64,000 nucleotides of DNA from Corallococcus sp. EGB (GCF_019968905.1 NZ_CP079946.1:5985356-6049355); one strand, 5' to 3'. Positions 52,469 to 62,687 are shown, counted from the stretch's first letter. Numbers and translations: made by a program. The notes: a model not told the origin generated them from the sequence alone.

Positions 52469-53414
52469 CCTCTTCTTCCGGAGCCCTTCCATGCGTTCCC
52501 TTCGCCTGTTCGCGGCCCTTTGCGCCGCAGTCGTCAGTCTCACCGCCGTTCCCGCTCGCGCGGATTTGAAGGTCGTCGCCACGCTCCCGGACCTGGCCGC
52601 GCTGGCCAAGGCCGTGGGCGGGGACAAGGCGGACGTCACCGCGCTCGCGCTGCCCACTCAGGATCCGCACTTCGTGGACGCGAAGCCCAACCTGGCGCTC
52701 GCGCTCAACCGCGCGGACCTGCTCATCGCCGCGGGCCTGGACCTGGAGATCGGCTGGTTGCCCACGCTCCAGATGGGCGCGCGCAACAACCGCATCCAGA
52801 CGGGCAACCCGGGCTACCTGGACGCGTCCCGGTCCGTGAGCCTCCTGGAGGTGCCCGCGGGGCAGGTGGACCGCAGCCAGGGCGACGTGCACCCCGGCGG
52901 CAACCCGCACTACCTCTATGATCCGCGGCAGGCCCTGAAGGTGGCCGTCGCCATCGAGGCGCGCATGTCGCAGCTGGATGCGAAGAACGCCGCCACCTAC
53001 AAGGCCAACCTCGGGAAGTTCACGCAGGAGCTGCAGACGGCGCAGGCGGGCTGGGAGAAGCGGCTCGCGGGCCTCAAGGGCGTGCCGGTCATCGCGTACC
53101 ACCGCACGACGGCGTACCTGCAGGACTGGCTGGGCTTCAAGACGATCGCGTTCCTGGAGCCCAAGCCGGGCATCCCGCCGAACCCGTCCCACGTCGCCCA
53201 GGTGCTGGCGCAGGGCAAGTCCAGCCAGGTGAAGCTGGTCCTCAAGGAGGACTACTACCCGGACAACATCGCGAAGCTCGTGGCGTCCAAGGTCCCCGCC
53301 GCGCTCGTCACGCTGCCGGGCGGGACGGACTTCCGCACCGGCCAGACGTACGTGCAGCGCATGGACCTGATGGTGGGCCGACTGGAGAAGGGTCTCTCCG
53401 GGAAGGGGGAATGA
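52452..53414 (+). CDS. znuA: Metal ABC transporter substrate-binding protein (ZnuA/TroA family).
   Basis: ADLKVVATLPDLAALAKAVGGDKADVTALA...DPHF...NPHY. Confidence 0.85.
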   Translation: MPMRSDLFFRSPSMRSLRLFAALCAAVVSLTAVPARADLKVVATLPDLAALAKAVGGDKADVTALALPTQDPHFVDAKPNLALALNRADLLIAAGLDLEIGWLPTLQMGARNNRIQTGNPGYLDASRSVSLLEVPAGQVDRSQGDVHPGGNPHYLYDPRQALKVAVAIEARMSQLDAKNAATYKANLGKFTQELQTAQAGWEKRLAGLKGVPVIAYHRTTAYLQDWLGFKTIAFLEPKPGIPPNPSHVAQVLAQGKSSQVKLVLKEDYYPDNIAKLVASKVPAALVTLPGGTDFRTGQTYVQRMDLMVGRLEKGLSGKGE

Positions 53415-53418
53415 CACC

Positions 53419-54282
53419 ATGAAGCACATTCCCTCCAAGGCCTGGCTGCTCCCCGTCGCGCTGCTGACCGGGTGCGCGTTCGACGCGGGCGAGGGCTTCG
53501 CCGTGCTGGAGCCCTCCGTCGAGGCCGCGTACACGCCCCTGTCCCGCCGGAACGCGGGGGATGGCTACCAGGCGCTCGCGACCGACTTCCAGCTGCGCGT
53601 GGACGCCGGCGCGGTGAGCCTGGGCAGCATCGACCTGCAGGCCAGCTCCGGCGGTGGCGGCTCCACGACGTTTGATCCGTCCTCGCCGCCGCCGGGCTAC
53701 ACGCTGTGCCACGGCGGGCACTGCCACCGCGAAGACGGGGCGCTCGTGGACTACGCGGACGTCGAGGCGGAGCTGAACGGCGGTGGCGGCAGCAGCACCG
53801 TCACGGTGGCCAAGCTCCCCGTGGACGCGGAGCTGGACCTGCTGTCGCCCGCGGTGCGCGACCTCACCTGCGAGCCCGCGTGCGAACTGGGCAAGACGTC
53901 GCTGTCGCGCGGGCGCTGGTCCGTCACGGGCCTGCGCATGACGGGCCGCGTGCGGGATGGCCGCGTTCCGGCGCGCTTCGCGGGAGCCCTTCCCTTCCGC
54001 TTCACCGCGGCGATGACGGGCGACGAGGCCACACCGGTGGCCGTGCTCACCGGCGACCTGGATGTCCCGTCCGACCGGGAGAACGAGCCGCGCGTGACGC
54101 TGGGCCTGAAGCTGGAGCTGACGCCGGCCCTCTTCGACGCGGTGGACTGGTCCGCGGTGACGGTGGGCGCCGACGGCGTGGTGGACCTGGACGCGCCCGC
54201 GAACAAGACGGTGCGCGCCGCGCTGCTGGAGAAGGTGGCCGCACTGAGCCCCACCGCGGAGGTGAGCCGTGGCTCACGGTGA
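53419..54282 (+). CDS. Hypothetical lipoprotein with a Cys/His cluster, inserted into the znu operon.
   Basis: Lipobox LLTGC and the motif GYTLCHGGHCHRED. Confidence 0.55.
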   Translation: MKHIPSKAWLLPVALLTGCAFDAGEGFAVLEPSVEAAYTPLSRRNAGDGYQALATDFQLRVDAGAVSLGSIDLQASSGGGGSTTFDPSSPPPGYTLCHGGHCHREDGALVDYADVEAELNGGGGSSTVTVAKLPVDAELDLLSPAVRDLTCEPACELGKTSLSRGRWSVTGLRMTGRVRDGRVPARFAGALPFRFTAAMTGDEATPVAVLTGDLDVPSDRENEPRVTLGLKLELTPALFDAVDWSAVTVGADGVVDLDAPANKTVRAALLEKVAALSPTAEVSRGSR

Positions 54283-55090
54283 TCACGAGACAGAGCTGGA
54301 CCGGGGGCACCGCGCCGTGCCGCCGCCGGAGCCGGGGGAGCCGCTGCTCAAGTGCGAGCAGCTGGTCATCGGCTACGGGGGCAAGGACATCCTGCCGCCC
54401 ATGGACCTGGTGGTGCGCCGCCGCCAGTTCGTGGCGGTGGTGGGCCGCAACGGCTCTGGCAAGAGCACCTGGTTCAAGACGCTGCTGGGGCTGATTCCTC
54501 CGGTCTCCGGCCGCATCAGCCTGGCAGGGCCGCACATCCGCAGCGCGTACGTGCCGCAGATGTCGTCCATCGACTCGCTGCTGCCCGTGCACGCGCGAGA
54601 GCTCACCAGTTGGGGCCGGCTGTCCGGGTGGAACTTCCTCCGGCCCGTCCCCAGCAAGACGGACCGCCAGAAGGTGGAGGCGGCGCTCGACACGGCGGGC
54701 GCTCGCGGCATCGCGAAGCGTCCGTTCCGCGACCTGTCCGGCGGCGAGAAGCAGCGCGCACTGCTCGCGCGGGTCATCGCGACCGAGGCGGACGTGGTGC
54801 TGTTGGATGAGCCCACCGCGGCGATGGACGCGGTGGCGGAGAAGCAGACGATGCTTCGGCTGTGCGCGCTCGCGCACGACCGGGGCCTGGGCGTGGTGGT
54901 GGTGAGCCACGACATGTCCGTCGCCGCCGAGCACGCCGACGTCATCCTCTTCGTGGACCGCGAGCACCGCTGCTTCGTCATGGGCGACGCGCGCACCGTG
55001 TTCTGTCACCCCGCCTTCCGCCGCCAATACGGCGACGACTACTGCCACGCCGCGCCCCAGGGACCCCACCGTGGAAACAACCCTGCTTGA
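54269..55090 (+). CDS. znuC: Metal ABC transporter ATP-binding protein.
   Basis: GRNGSGKST Walker A, LSGGEKQR signature, VLLDEPTAAMD Walker B. Confidence 0.85.
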   Translation: MAHGDHETELDRGHRAVPPPEPGEPLLKCEQLVIGYGGKDILPPMDLVVRRRQFVAVVGRNGSGKSTWFKTLLGLIPPVSGRISLAGPHIRSAYVPQMSSIDSLLPVHARELTSWGRLSGWNFLRPVPSKTDRQKVEAALDTAGARGIAKRPFRDLSGGEKQRALLARVIATEADVVLLDEPTAAMDAVAEKQTMLRLCALAHDRGLGVVVVSHDMSVAAEHADVILFVDREHRCFVMGDARTVFCHPAFRRQYGDDYCHAAPQGPHRGNNPA

Positions 55091-55943
55091 ACCCTCGAAG
55101 TGGGAGCAGTTCCAGGCGGGCTGGGAGCTGTTCCGAGACCCCATCCTCTGCGCGCTCATCGCCGGGTGCGTGCTGGGCTTCCTCAGCGTCTACGTCGTGC
55201 TGCGGCGCATGGTGTTCGTCAGCGCGGCGGTGACGAACACCGCGGGCCTGGGCGTGGCGCTGGCCTTCTTCGCGGAGATCCACCTGGGCGTGCACGTGGA
55301 TCCGCTGGTGGGCGCGGTGGTGCTGTCGGTCGCGTCCACGCTGCTCCTGATGATCGAACCCGCGCGGCTGCGGCTGTCCCGGGAGAGCCTGCTGGGGTGC
55401 GCGTTCGCCTTCGCGGGCGGCGCGGCCATCCTGGTGGGTGACCGCATCGCACAGGAGGCGCACGACATCCAGGGCATCCTCTTCGGCACCGCGGTGCTGG
55501 TGACGCCCGATCAACTCCAGGCCGTGGCGGTGGCGGGCGCGGTGCTGATGGCGCTGCACCTGTGGTGGTTCCGGGGCATCGCCTTCGTGAGCTTCGACCG
55601 GGTGGGCGCCACCGTGCAGGGGCTGCCGGTGAAGCTGCTGGACACGGTGTTGATGGTGTCCATCGGCATCATGGTGGGCGTGTCCGCGCGGGCGCTGGGC
55701 GCCCTGCCCGTCTTCGCGTTCTCCACGCTGTCGGCCATCGCCGCGCTGGTGCTGGACCTGCGGCTGCCGTGGACCTTCTTCACGGCGACCGTGCTGGGCG
55801 GCATCGCGGGCGCGGGTGGATACCTGTTCGCGTACTTCTACGACTTCCCGGTGGGCGGTTCGCAGACCGTCCTGTCCGGGGTGCTGGTGCTGCTGATGAT
55901 GCTCGTGCGCCTGGTGCGCCTGCCCTTCCAGCGCAGGGCATGA
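55071..55943 (+). CDS. znuB: Metal ABC transporter permease.
   Basis: Polytopic ABC-3 family membrane protein of 290 aa. Confidence 0.85.
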   Translation: METTLLEPSKWEQFQAGWELFRDPILCALIAGCVLGFLSVYVVLRRMVFVSAAVTNTAGLGVALAFFAEIHLGVHVDPLVGAVVLSVASTLLLMIEPARLRLSRESLLGCAFAFAGGAAILVGDRIAQEAHDIQGILFGTAVLVTPDQLQAVAVAGAVLMALHLWWFRGIAFVSFDRVGATVQGLPVKLLDTVLMVSIGIMVGVSARALGALPVFAFSTLSAIAALVLDLRLPWTFFTATVLGGIAGAGGYLFAYFYDFPVGGSQTVLSGVLVLLMMLVRLVRLPFQRRA

Positions 55944-55973
55944 GCGAAGAGGGCCGCCGTCGTCCGGGACTCC

Positions 55974-56522
55974 TCAGCGGACGGCGGCGGAGACCTTCTT
56001 GAACTCGGGCGTGCCCGCGCGGCCCAGCATGTCGAACAGGGCCGACTCCACGGTGAGGATGCGCGCGCCCGCGTCGCGGCACAGCTCCAGGCCCACGCGG
56101 CGGTCCTCCTCCGCGCGGGACAGCACCGCGTCCGCGAGCAGGCACGGCTCACGTCCGCTGTCCGCCAGGTCGCGTGCTGTCTGGAAGACGCAGATGTGCG
56201 TCTCCATGCCGGTGATCAGCACCTGCTTGCGGTCTCCCAGCAGCGCCAGCACGTCTGGTGTGGCGGCGGAGAATTCCAGCTTCTCCAGCGGCTTGAAGTC
56301 CCCCAGGCGCAGCTTGAGGAGCGAGTGCGTACGGCCCAGCCCCTGCGGGTACTGCTCCGTGACGATGACGGGCAGCCCCAGGGCCCTCGCGCCCTCCACG
56401 GCGGCGCCGGTGCGCGCGAGCATGCGGTCCAGGGCGTCGCGCTCCATCGCGGCGCACAGGCGCTCCTGGATGTCGACGACGAGCAACGCGGCCTGCTCGG
56501 GCTTCAGGCGGAACGACGGCAT
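55974..56522 (-). CDS. Isochorismatase-family cysteine hydrolase.
   Basis: ALLVVDIQERL...LPVIVTEQYPQ...HICVFQTARDL. Confidence 0.85.
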   Translation of the reverse strand: MPSFRLKPEQAALLVVDIQERLCAAMERDALDRMLARTGAAVEGARALGLPVIVTEQYPQGLGRTHSLLKLRLGDFKPLEKLEFSAATPDVLALLGDRKQVLITGMETHICVFQTARDLADSGREPCLLADAVLSRAEEDRRVGLELCRDAGARILTVESALFDMLGRAGTPEFKKVSAAVR

Positions 56523-56596
56523 GGGGCGGCTCCTTGGCGGATGCAGCCCAAGTGACGTGAACGCCGCGCCTGCGTCAAGCGCGGCGGCGTGCCCCC

Positions 56597-58339
56597 TCAG
56601 CGTCCGTGCACGGTCCAGGTCGCTCCCCCGCCCCGAGGGCCGTGCGCGGTGTCCACCGGTGCATCCGGCACCCTACGGAGCGCGACGGTCCGGCCCCGGT
56701 GGCCCCGGGCCTTGAAGCCTCGCGCGCGTTGCAGGCCCGGCAGGTGCGGGTCGGCGTCGCGCCACAGGTCCAGGACCACGGCGAAGTCGTGCTCCGCCTC
56801 GGACATGCATTCGCACGCGACGTGGGCCTCCGCGACCAGGAGCATGCAGTGGCCACAGCCGGGCCGCTCCCCGGCGCGCTCCAGCGCCAGCTCCAGAGCC
56901 TTCTCCTCGCGGCCGGAGCGCAAGCGCACGCGGGCCAGCGTCTCACGGGGCGGCCGGCAGAAGAGCGCGGGGCCCACGGGGCGCAGGCGACGCTCCAGGC
57001 GCAGCGCCCGCGTGAGCGCGGCCTCCGCCCGGCCGCAGTCTCCCCGTCGCGCGTCCAGCGTGCCCCGCAGCTCCTGCGCGGCGACCTCCACCGTGCGCGC
57101 CACGTCGCGAGCACACAGCGCGCGCCCCTCCGAACGCGGCGCCTCCGACAGGGTGAGGACCAGCGCATCCAGCGCTCCGCACGCGCGCTCCGCGTCGCCC
57201 AGCCGGCCCGTCTCCAGGGCGCAGACGCCTCGCGTGTAGAGGCGCACGCCGTCGCGCAGCCCCGCCTCCGCGACGGTGGCGCTGTCCCCGAGCTCCATGG
57301 GGACCTCCGCCGCCGCCCGATTGAAACCGAAGCGCAGGTGCGCGGCGACGAGCGTGGTGGCCGCGAAGAGCACCGCCTGCGGCTGACCTCCCGAGTCCTC
57401 CACGCGCTGCCGCAGCTTGCGCGCCCAGGCCTGTGCCCCTCGGTACTGCCCCACCTCCGCGCAGCCTTCGCTCAGCAGGCGCAGGGCGGTGTCCGCGCTC
57501 GGAGCCACCTCCAGGGACAGCGACTCCCGCGCGAGGTACGCGTCGTCCGCCGCCACCGCTGCCTCCAGGACGCGGTTCGCCTCCGAGGCCTTGCCCAGGC
57601 GCAGGAGCAGACGTCCGACGGCGAGCAGCGCGGGACTTCCCGCGGGCACGAGCGACGGCAGCTTTTCCGCGCTCTCCAGCGCCATCTCCGGCCGGGCGCT
57701 GGGCAGCCATGCGTGCAGCCAGGCCAGGTGCACGCCCGCGTGGCGCGGGTGCGCGCGCAGCAGCTCGCGCAGGAGCAGCTGCGCGTACGGCTGTCCCTGT
57801 CCGGGACGCCCGTCGGATTCGTACCCGTCCAGCAGGAAGCCCGCGAGCAGCAGGCGCGGCTCGGGCTCCTCGGGGAAGCGGTCGATGAGGCACTCCATCT
57901 CGCGCACGAACGCATGTCTGCCATTGGCGGGCCCCTTGTCCGCGAGGAGGCTGGCCGCGACGACCAGCCGCTGCTCCATGTCGGTGGTGCCCTCCGCCAG
58001 TGTCAGCGCCTTGCGGATGGCCGCCGCGCGGTCCGGGCTGAAGCGCTGCCCCGCACCGCGGGCGAGCGCGAGCCCCCACCACGCCATGGCGAGGGATGAA
58101 TCCTGACGCGCGGCCTCCGCGAAGGCGCGCCGGGCCTCCAGCGCCCAGCCCAGGTGCAGGAGGCGCAGGCCCTGATCAAAGTACGCCTGCGCCAGGGGGA
58201 CCCGCGTCGTCACGGGAAGGTGCGCGTCTCCCAATCCGTCCATGAGCGGCGGCGTGGGAAGGGCTTCGTCCGGCAGGTCCTCCCACGCGACGTGGGAGTG
58301 GACGGACGGGACATCGGCTCGGAACAGACGTGCCAGCAT
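56597..58339 (-). CDS. Tetratricopeptide-repeat protein.
   Basis: Helical repeats rich in A/L/R with periodic W/L/A, about 580 aa. The longer ORF start at 59002 is rejected as Arg-rich junk. Confidence 0.55.
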   Translation of the reverse strand: MLARLFRADVPSVHSHVAWEDLPDEALPTPPLMDGLGDAHLPVTTRVPLAQAYFDQGLRLLHLGWALEARRAFAEAARQDSSLAMAWWGLALARGAGQRFSPDRAAAIRKALTLAEGTTDMEQRLVVAASLLADKGPANGRHAFVREMECLIDRFPEEPEPRLLLAGFLLDGYESDGRPGQGQPYAQLLLRELLRAHPRHAGVHLAWLHAWLPSARPEMALESAEKLPSLVPAGSPALLAVGRLLLRLGKASEANRVLEAAVAADDAYLARESLSLEVAPSADTALRLLSEGCAEVGQYRGAQAWARKLRQRVEDSGGQPQAVLFAATTLVAAHLRFGFNRAAAEVPMELGDSATVAEAGLRDGVRLYTRGVCALETGRLGDAERACGALDALVLTLSEAPRSEGRALCARDVARTVEVAAQELRGTLDARRGDCGRAEAALTRALRLERRLRPVGPALFCRPPRETLARVRLRSGREEKALELALERAGERPGCGHCMLLVAEAHVACECMSEAEHDFAVVLDLWRDADPHLPGLQRARGFKARGHRGRTVALRRVPDAPVDTAHGPRGGGATWTVHGR

Positions 58340-58349
58340 GGTGTCCTCC

Positions 58350-58961
58350 TCACGCTCCAACCAGTGGAGCGGCATGGGTGTTGACGGAGGCGTCGGTCGC
58401 GCGCACCCGCACGGCCAGCCGCCTCCAGGCGTTGGACAGCTCTTCTGCTGCAATCGGTGATGCCTTGCGCCGCGCCGACAGGCACTCGCGCCGCCAGGCC
58501 AGGCCGACGTCGCGGGCCACCCACGCCTCGTACTCCGCGAGCCAGTCCGCCAGCCGCGCGAGCCCCGCCCGCGCCGCCGTGCGCTCCGGGCCCGTGGCGG
58601 CGTCCCTCTGGACGCCCACATCGTCCACGCGGAAGGCCTTGCCACACGCGCCCTCCACCCACCGGGGCACGAAGCCATCGCGCGGCACGAAGATGGCGGC
58701 GCCGCACGACTCGCACAGCGCGCCGAAGCCCCACAGCGTGAGGCGCCCCCCGTCCAGGAGCCGCCCCTGATACGCGCTCTGACCCTCCACTCCCGGCGGA
58801 CGCGCCTCGCGCACCAGGCCATACCGGAGCAGCACGTTGCCGTCCGGGCAACGCACGTCCTGGCCCAGGCACCACATGGCCACGTCGAACAGACGGTCGC
58901 CGTCGCGGCGCACGTCGCAGGGGAGAAGAGGACTGGCACTGCCAGAAGAGACCTTGGACAT
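58350..58961 (-). CDS. Hypothetical protein with Cys pairs (CPDGN...CESCG).
   Basis: High GC3 and balanced composition from MSKVSSGSASPLL onward. Confidence 0.45.
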   Translation of the reverse strand: MSKVSSGSASPLLPCDVRRDGDRLFDVAMWCLGQDVRCPDGNVLLRYGLVREARPPGVEGQSAYQGRLLDGGRLTLWGFGALCESCGAAIFVPRDGFVPRWVEGACGKAFRVDDVGVQRDAATGPERTAARAGLARLADWLAEYEAWVARDVGLAWRRECLSARRKASPIAAEELSNAWRRLAVRVRATDASVNTHAAPLVGA

Positions 58962-59010
58962 GGGGCGCCTCTCGGTCCGCCAGGAAGCGGCCGTCTTCGC
59001 AACAGGGTGA

Positions 59011-59505
59011 TCAGCCGTGGTCGTGGTCGTGCGCGCCCGCCTCTTCGATGACGAGCGACACGGAGGAGAGCGTCGAAGGCCCGAAGGTGAGCGTGTGCGT
59101 GCCCACGGTGAGCGGCACGACGTAGCGGCCCTGGATGTCCGTGCAGAGCGGGGAGCTGGTGGCGCTCTCCTCGAACTCCACCGCCACACCGCTGCCGTTG
59201 GTGACCTTCACCGGCACAGTGGCGCTCGTGTAGAGGACGTAGTCGGTGGCATCGGAGACGGCGAAGGACACCGCGCCGCCCTTCCCCCCAGCGACGTCCG
59301 CCAGCGCGATGTCGTAGCGCTTGTGGTCGTTGCTCACGGCCGGGCCCGCGCCGCTGGCGGCGGCGGTGACGGCGACGCCGGGGCCCTTCTGCAGGTGCTC
59401 GCAGCCCTCCTCGTCGACGTGGTTTTCCTCCGCGTCGTCACCACCGCAACCGGCGGCGAGGAGGGCGGTGGACAGCAGCAGGGCGGACAGAAGCTTCTTC
59501 TTCAT
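59011..59505 (-). CDS. Lipoprotein with a His-rich C-terminus.
   Basis: MKKKLLSALLLSTALLAAGC lipobox; the C-terminus is ...EEAGAHDHDHG. Confidence 0.6.
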   Translation of the reverse strand: MKKKLLSALLLSTALLAAGCGGDDAEENHVDEEGCEHLQKGPGVAVTAAASGAGPAVSNDHKRYDIALADVAGGKGGAVSFAVSDATDYVLYTSATVPVKVTNGSGVAVEFEESATSSPLCTDIQGRYVVPLTVGTHTLTFGPSTLSSVSLVIEEAGAHDHDHG

Positions 59506-59788
59506 GATGGGACTCCTGGAACACGGGGGGATGGACTGCGGGAACTCCAGCCGCATGGCCCCGCGCGCACCGCTCCCGTGAGAGGAGCGTCCGTGGAGGA
59601 CCGGATGGGACTGGAAGGCGGGACCGCGGCACGAAGCGCGCGCCCCTGCGCGTGGCGGGGAAATCCACGTGCGTGCGGCGGATCCGTTCAGCGAACAGGA
59701 ACGCGCACGACCCGGACTCCGGTGGCCACGGCGCACCCTGCTCCACGCGAACACCTGGAGCCGGGACGGCGGGCTTCGACGGCGGAGA

Positions 59789-60232
59789 CTAGACGCGCGG
59801 CGGCGACGACTTGGGCGCGAGCCTCAACAGCGCGACGGGCGCCGCGTGGAAGCGGAACACCGCCAGCGCCGGGCTGGAGCGCGTGGAGACCGCGGCCAGG
59901 ACAGGCGCGGACTCGGCCGGAGGCGGGGCCTCACGGCGGAAGAAGGCATGGTGGCAGTGGGCTTCACCACCGTGGGGAGCGGCCTTCGACACCGGCGCCT
60001 TCGCCACGCGCGCGTCGTCGAAGGAGAGCTCCTCCTCCAACGGGCTGTCATGGGAGACGTCGCTCACGTGCATCACGTCCCCGTGCTCCAGGCACGTGGT
60101 GTGCTGCACGAGCGCGAAGTGGAGCACGCTGCCCACATACACCAACACGCACACGAGCACCCACGGCAGCGCCAACAGGCGCGGCAGGGAGCGACGGGTG
60201 CTGAGCTGGGGATGGAGGCGGCTCACGTCCAC
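59789..60232 (-). CDS. Hypothetical membrane-anchored protein with an HCHH motif.
   Basis: Transmembrane helix LPRLLALPWVLVCVLVYVGSVL; GGEAHCHHAFF. Confidence 0.4.
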   Translation of the reverse strand: MDVSRLHPQLSTRRSLPRLLALPWVLVCVLVYVGSVLHFALVQHTTCLEHGDVMHVSDVSHDSPLEEELSFDDARVAKAPVSKAAPHGGEAHCHHAFFRREAPPPAESAPVLAAVSTRSSPALAVFRFHAAPVALLRLAPKSSPPRV

Positions 60233-60409
60233 TCAATCTCGAAAAGCAACTGAGTTGTTTTAAGCGACCTCCCCTGCCCGGTGCAAGCCGGGACGCACCT
60301 GCCCTGGTATGGAGGGCGAGGTGGCGGACACAAGCCCCCGGCGGCGCGCGCTTCGCGTGGTGGACCCCCGAGCCTCCGGGGTCGTAGGTTCCCGCGCGTG
60401 CACGAGCTC

Positions 60410-61867
60410 ATGGATGTCCTGCGCAGGCAGGCACACTATTTCGGACCGGAACTGGCGAGGACCGCCTACCAGCGCGGCCTCGCGGTGACGAAGCCGGATG
60501 GCAGCACCCAGCCCATCCCCATCACCGCCACGCCGGTCATCCTGGACGCGGAGGAGATCAAGCGCCGCGCGCTGCTGTCCGCGAAGCTGGCCTCCGCCAC
60601 GATGAAGATGGCGCGCGCCATCCTGGGAGGCCCGGACGCGGAGGTGCTCCTGGGCGCCCTGTCTCCGCTGGAGCGCCGCCTGGCCGAGTCCACCTGGGAG
60701 GCGAGCCGCAGGCTGGCCACCACGCGCGTGGACTACTTCGTCTCCGGCGGCCAGCCCTGGGCGCTGGAGGTGAACGCCACCATCCCGGCCATGCAGGGCT
60801 ATTCGGACATCGCGGCGCGCACCTTCATCGAAGTCGTGGCGCGGCACCTGCGCTACCCGGAGAAGGCGATCCCCGCGCTGCTCACGCTCAACGGCAACAA
60901 CGCGCTGGCGCTCTACCGCGGGCTCCTGGATGGCTATGCCGCCGAGCGCAACGGGAAGCTGCCGGACACGGTGGCGCTGCTCTGCCGCAAGAACGACGCG
61001 CAGATCACGGAGCTGCGCTGGCTGTGCGAGCGCTTCCGCGAGTTCGGCGCGGACGCGGACGTGGTGCACCCGGAGGACGTGTCCGGCGACGACGCCTTCA
61101 CGGTGAACGGCAAGAAGTACGACCTGGTCTACCGCCACCTCTTCGTGCGCCGGCTGGAGCAGAACCCCGCCCCGTGGGTGGAGGACTTCCTCGGCGTCGT
61201 CCCGGGCAAGAAGGCCGTGTTCCTGAACCCGCCCGCCTCGCAGGTGGAGGTGAAGACGACGTTCGCGCTCCTGTCGCAGGCGGTGACGGACGGGGCGCTC
61301 GCGGAGCGCGCGGGCCTTACGCCGGAGGAGCTGGAGGCGGTTCGCGCGTCGGTGCCGTGGACGCGTCCCTTCCGCCACGGACCCGGCGTGGGCCCCGATG
61401 GCGCGAAGGTGGACGACATCGTGGCTCGCGTCGCGGCGGAGCCCGCCCGCTTCGTGCTCAAGCGCGCGTGGGACTACGGCGGCAAGGCCGTGTTCCTGGG
61501 CCGCTCGGTGGGCACCGTGCCCTACGAGGAGCGCGTGAAGGGCGCCTACGGTGAATCCAAGACGTGGGCCCAGCTGTGCGAGCACGCCGCCACGGACACG
61601 CAGGGCGGCGGCTTCGTGGTGCAGGAGGTGGTGGACACGCAGCCTGAGGACCACCTGCTCTGCGGAACGAACCAGGTGCTGCCCACGTCCTTCTTCGTGG
61701 ATTACTCGGCGTATGCCTCTGTTGGACTGGCGAAGCAGCCCGCGTGGGGCGGTGTGTGCCGTGGGTCCATGTCGGAGATCGTCAACATCGTGGGCGGCGG
61801 CGGCGTGCTGCCGCTCATCACGACGGACGTCGCGTCGAAGCTTTTGGTGGCGTGGAAGGCCCTTTAA
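60410..61867 (+). CDS. Hypothetical protein, possibly ATP-grasp-like (circularly permuted type).
   Basis: VDYFVSGGQPWALEVNATIPAMQGY and about 486 aa, reminiscent of the CP-ATP-grasp / glutathionylspermidine-synthase-like fold. No alpha-E or transglutaminase partner is present. Confidence 0.4.
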   Translation: MDVLRRQAHYFGPELARTAYQRGLAVTKPDGSTQPIPITATPVILDAEEIKRRALLSAKLASATMKMARAILGGPDAEVLLGALSPLERRLAESTWEASRRLATTRVDYFVSGGQPWALEVNATIPAMQGYSDIAARTFIEVVARHLRYPEKAIPALLTLNGNNALALYRGLLDGYAAERNGKLPDTVALLCRKNDAQITELRWLCERFREFGADADVVHPEDVSGDDAFTVNGKKYDLVYRHLFVRRLEQNPAPWVEDFLGVVPGKKAVFLNPPASQVEVKTTFALLSQAVTDGALAERAGLTPEELEAVRASVPWTRPFRHGPGVGPDGAKVDDIVARVAAEPARFVLKRAWDYGGKAVFLGRSVGTVPYEERVKGAYGESKTWAQLCEHAATDTQGGGFVVQEVVDTQPEDHLLCGTNQVLPTSFFVDYSAYASVGLAKQPAWGGVCRGSMSEIVNIVGGGGVLPLITTDVASKLLVAWKAL

Positions 61868-61940
61868 GGCGTCCTCCAGGGGTCCTCGTTAAAGAGATGC
61901 CGGGGCGAAGGTGGCCCCGGCCCGAAAGGAAACGAAACAC

Positions 61941-62657
61941 ATGGCGTGGGAAACTTCAGGTGGGTGGCAGGGCGGGCAGACGAGCCCGGTGGACGACATC
62001 CTGGTGCAGGAGTCCCAGCGCGCGTTCATGTCGCGCGTGCACGGCTGGATGTTCGCCGGCCTGGCGCTCACCGGCGTGATGGCGCTCCTGACCGTGACCA
62101 ATGAGGCCATGCTCCGGTTCGCGGCCCAGCACTACCTGGGCCTGAGCATCGCGGAGGTGGGCCTGGTGCTATTGCTGTCGACGCTGGCCCCCCGGCTGTC
62201 CGGTCCGGTGGCCGCGGTGATGTTCCTGGGCTACGCGGCGCTGACGGGCTTCGTGCTCTCGGTCATCTTCCTCCTCTATACGGCGGGCTCCGTCGCCCAG
62301 GTGTTCTTCATCACATCGGCGGTGTACGGCGCGATGGCCATCTACGGCACCGTCACGAAGAAGGACCTGAGCGGCTGGCACACGTTCCTCTTCATGGGGC
62401 TCATCGGCCTGCTCATCTCGGGCGTGGTGAACCTCTTCCTCCGCAGTGATGCGGTGTCGTTCGTGAGCGCCTGCGTGGGCGTGCTCGTCTTCGCGGGCTA
62501 CACCGCGTACGACACGCAGAAGCTGCGCGAGTTCCACGCGGACACGGGCTTCAAGAGCACGGCCACGGTGAGCATCGTGGGCGCGCTGATGCTCTACCTG
62601 GACTTCGTGAACCTGTTCCTGTCGCTCCTGCGCCTGCTGGGCAAGCGCCGCGACTGA
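61941..62657 (+). CDS. Bax inhibitor-1/YccA family membrane protein.
   Basis: Seven transmembrane helices and the hallmark AYDTQKL. Confidence 0.8.
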   Translation: MAWETSGGWQGGQTSPVDDILVQESQRAFMSRVHGWMFAGLALTGVMALLTVTNEAMLRFAAQHYLGLSIAEVGLVLLLSTLAPRLSGPVAAVMFLGYAALTGFVLSVIFLLYTAGSVAQVFFITSAVYGAMAIYGTVTKKDLSGWHTFLFMGLIGLLISGVVNLFLRSDAVSFVSACVGVLVFAGYTAYDTQKLREFHADTGFKSTATVSIVGALMLYLDFVNLFLSLLRLLGKRRD

Positions 62658-62687
62658 TGCCCGGCTCCCGGTGAAGGTCCAGCGACC

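Noticed and set aside
56597-59002. An 801-aa version of the TPR protein starting at 59002
   Set aside because: The first 221 codons are Arg/Cys/Trp-rich and overlap the separate upstream gene 58350-58961 in another frame. The start was moved to the Met at 58339.
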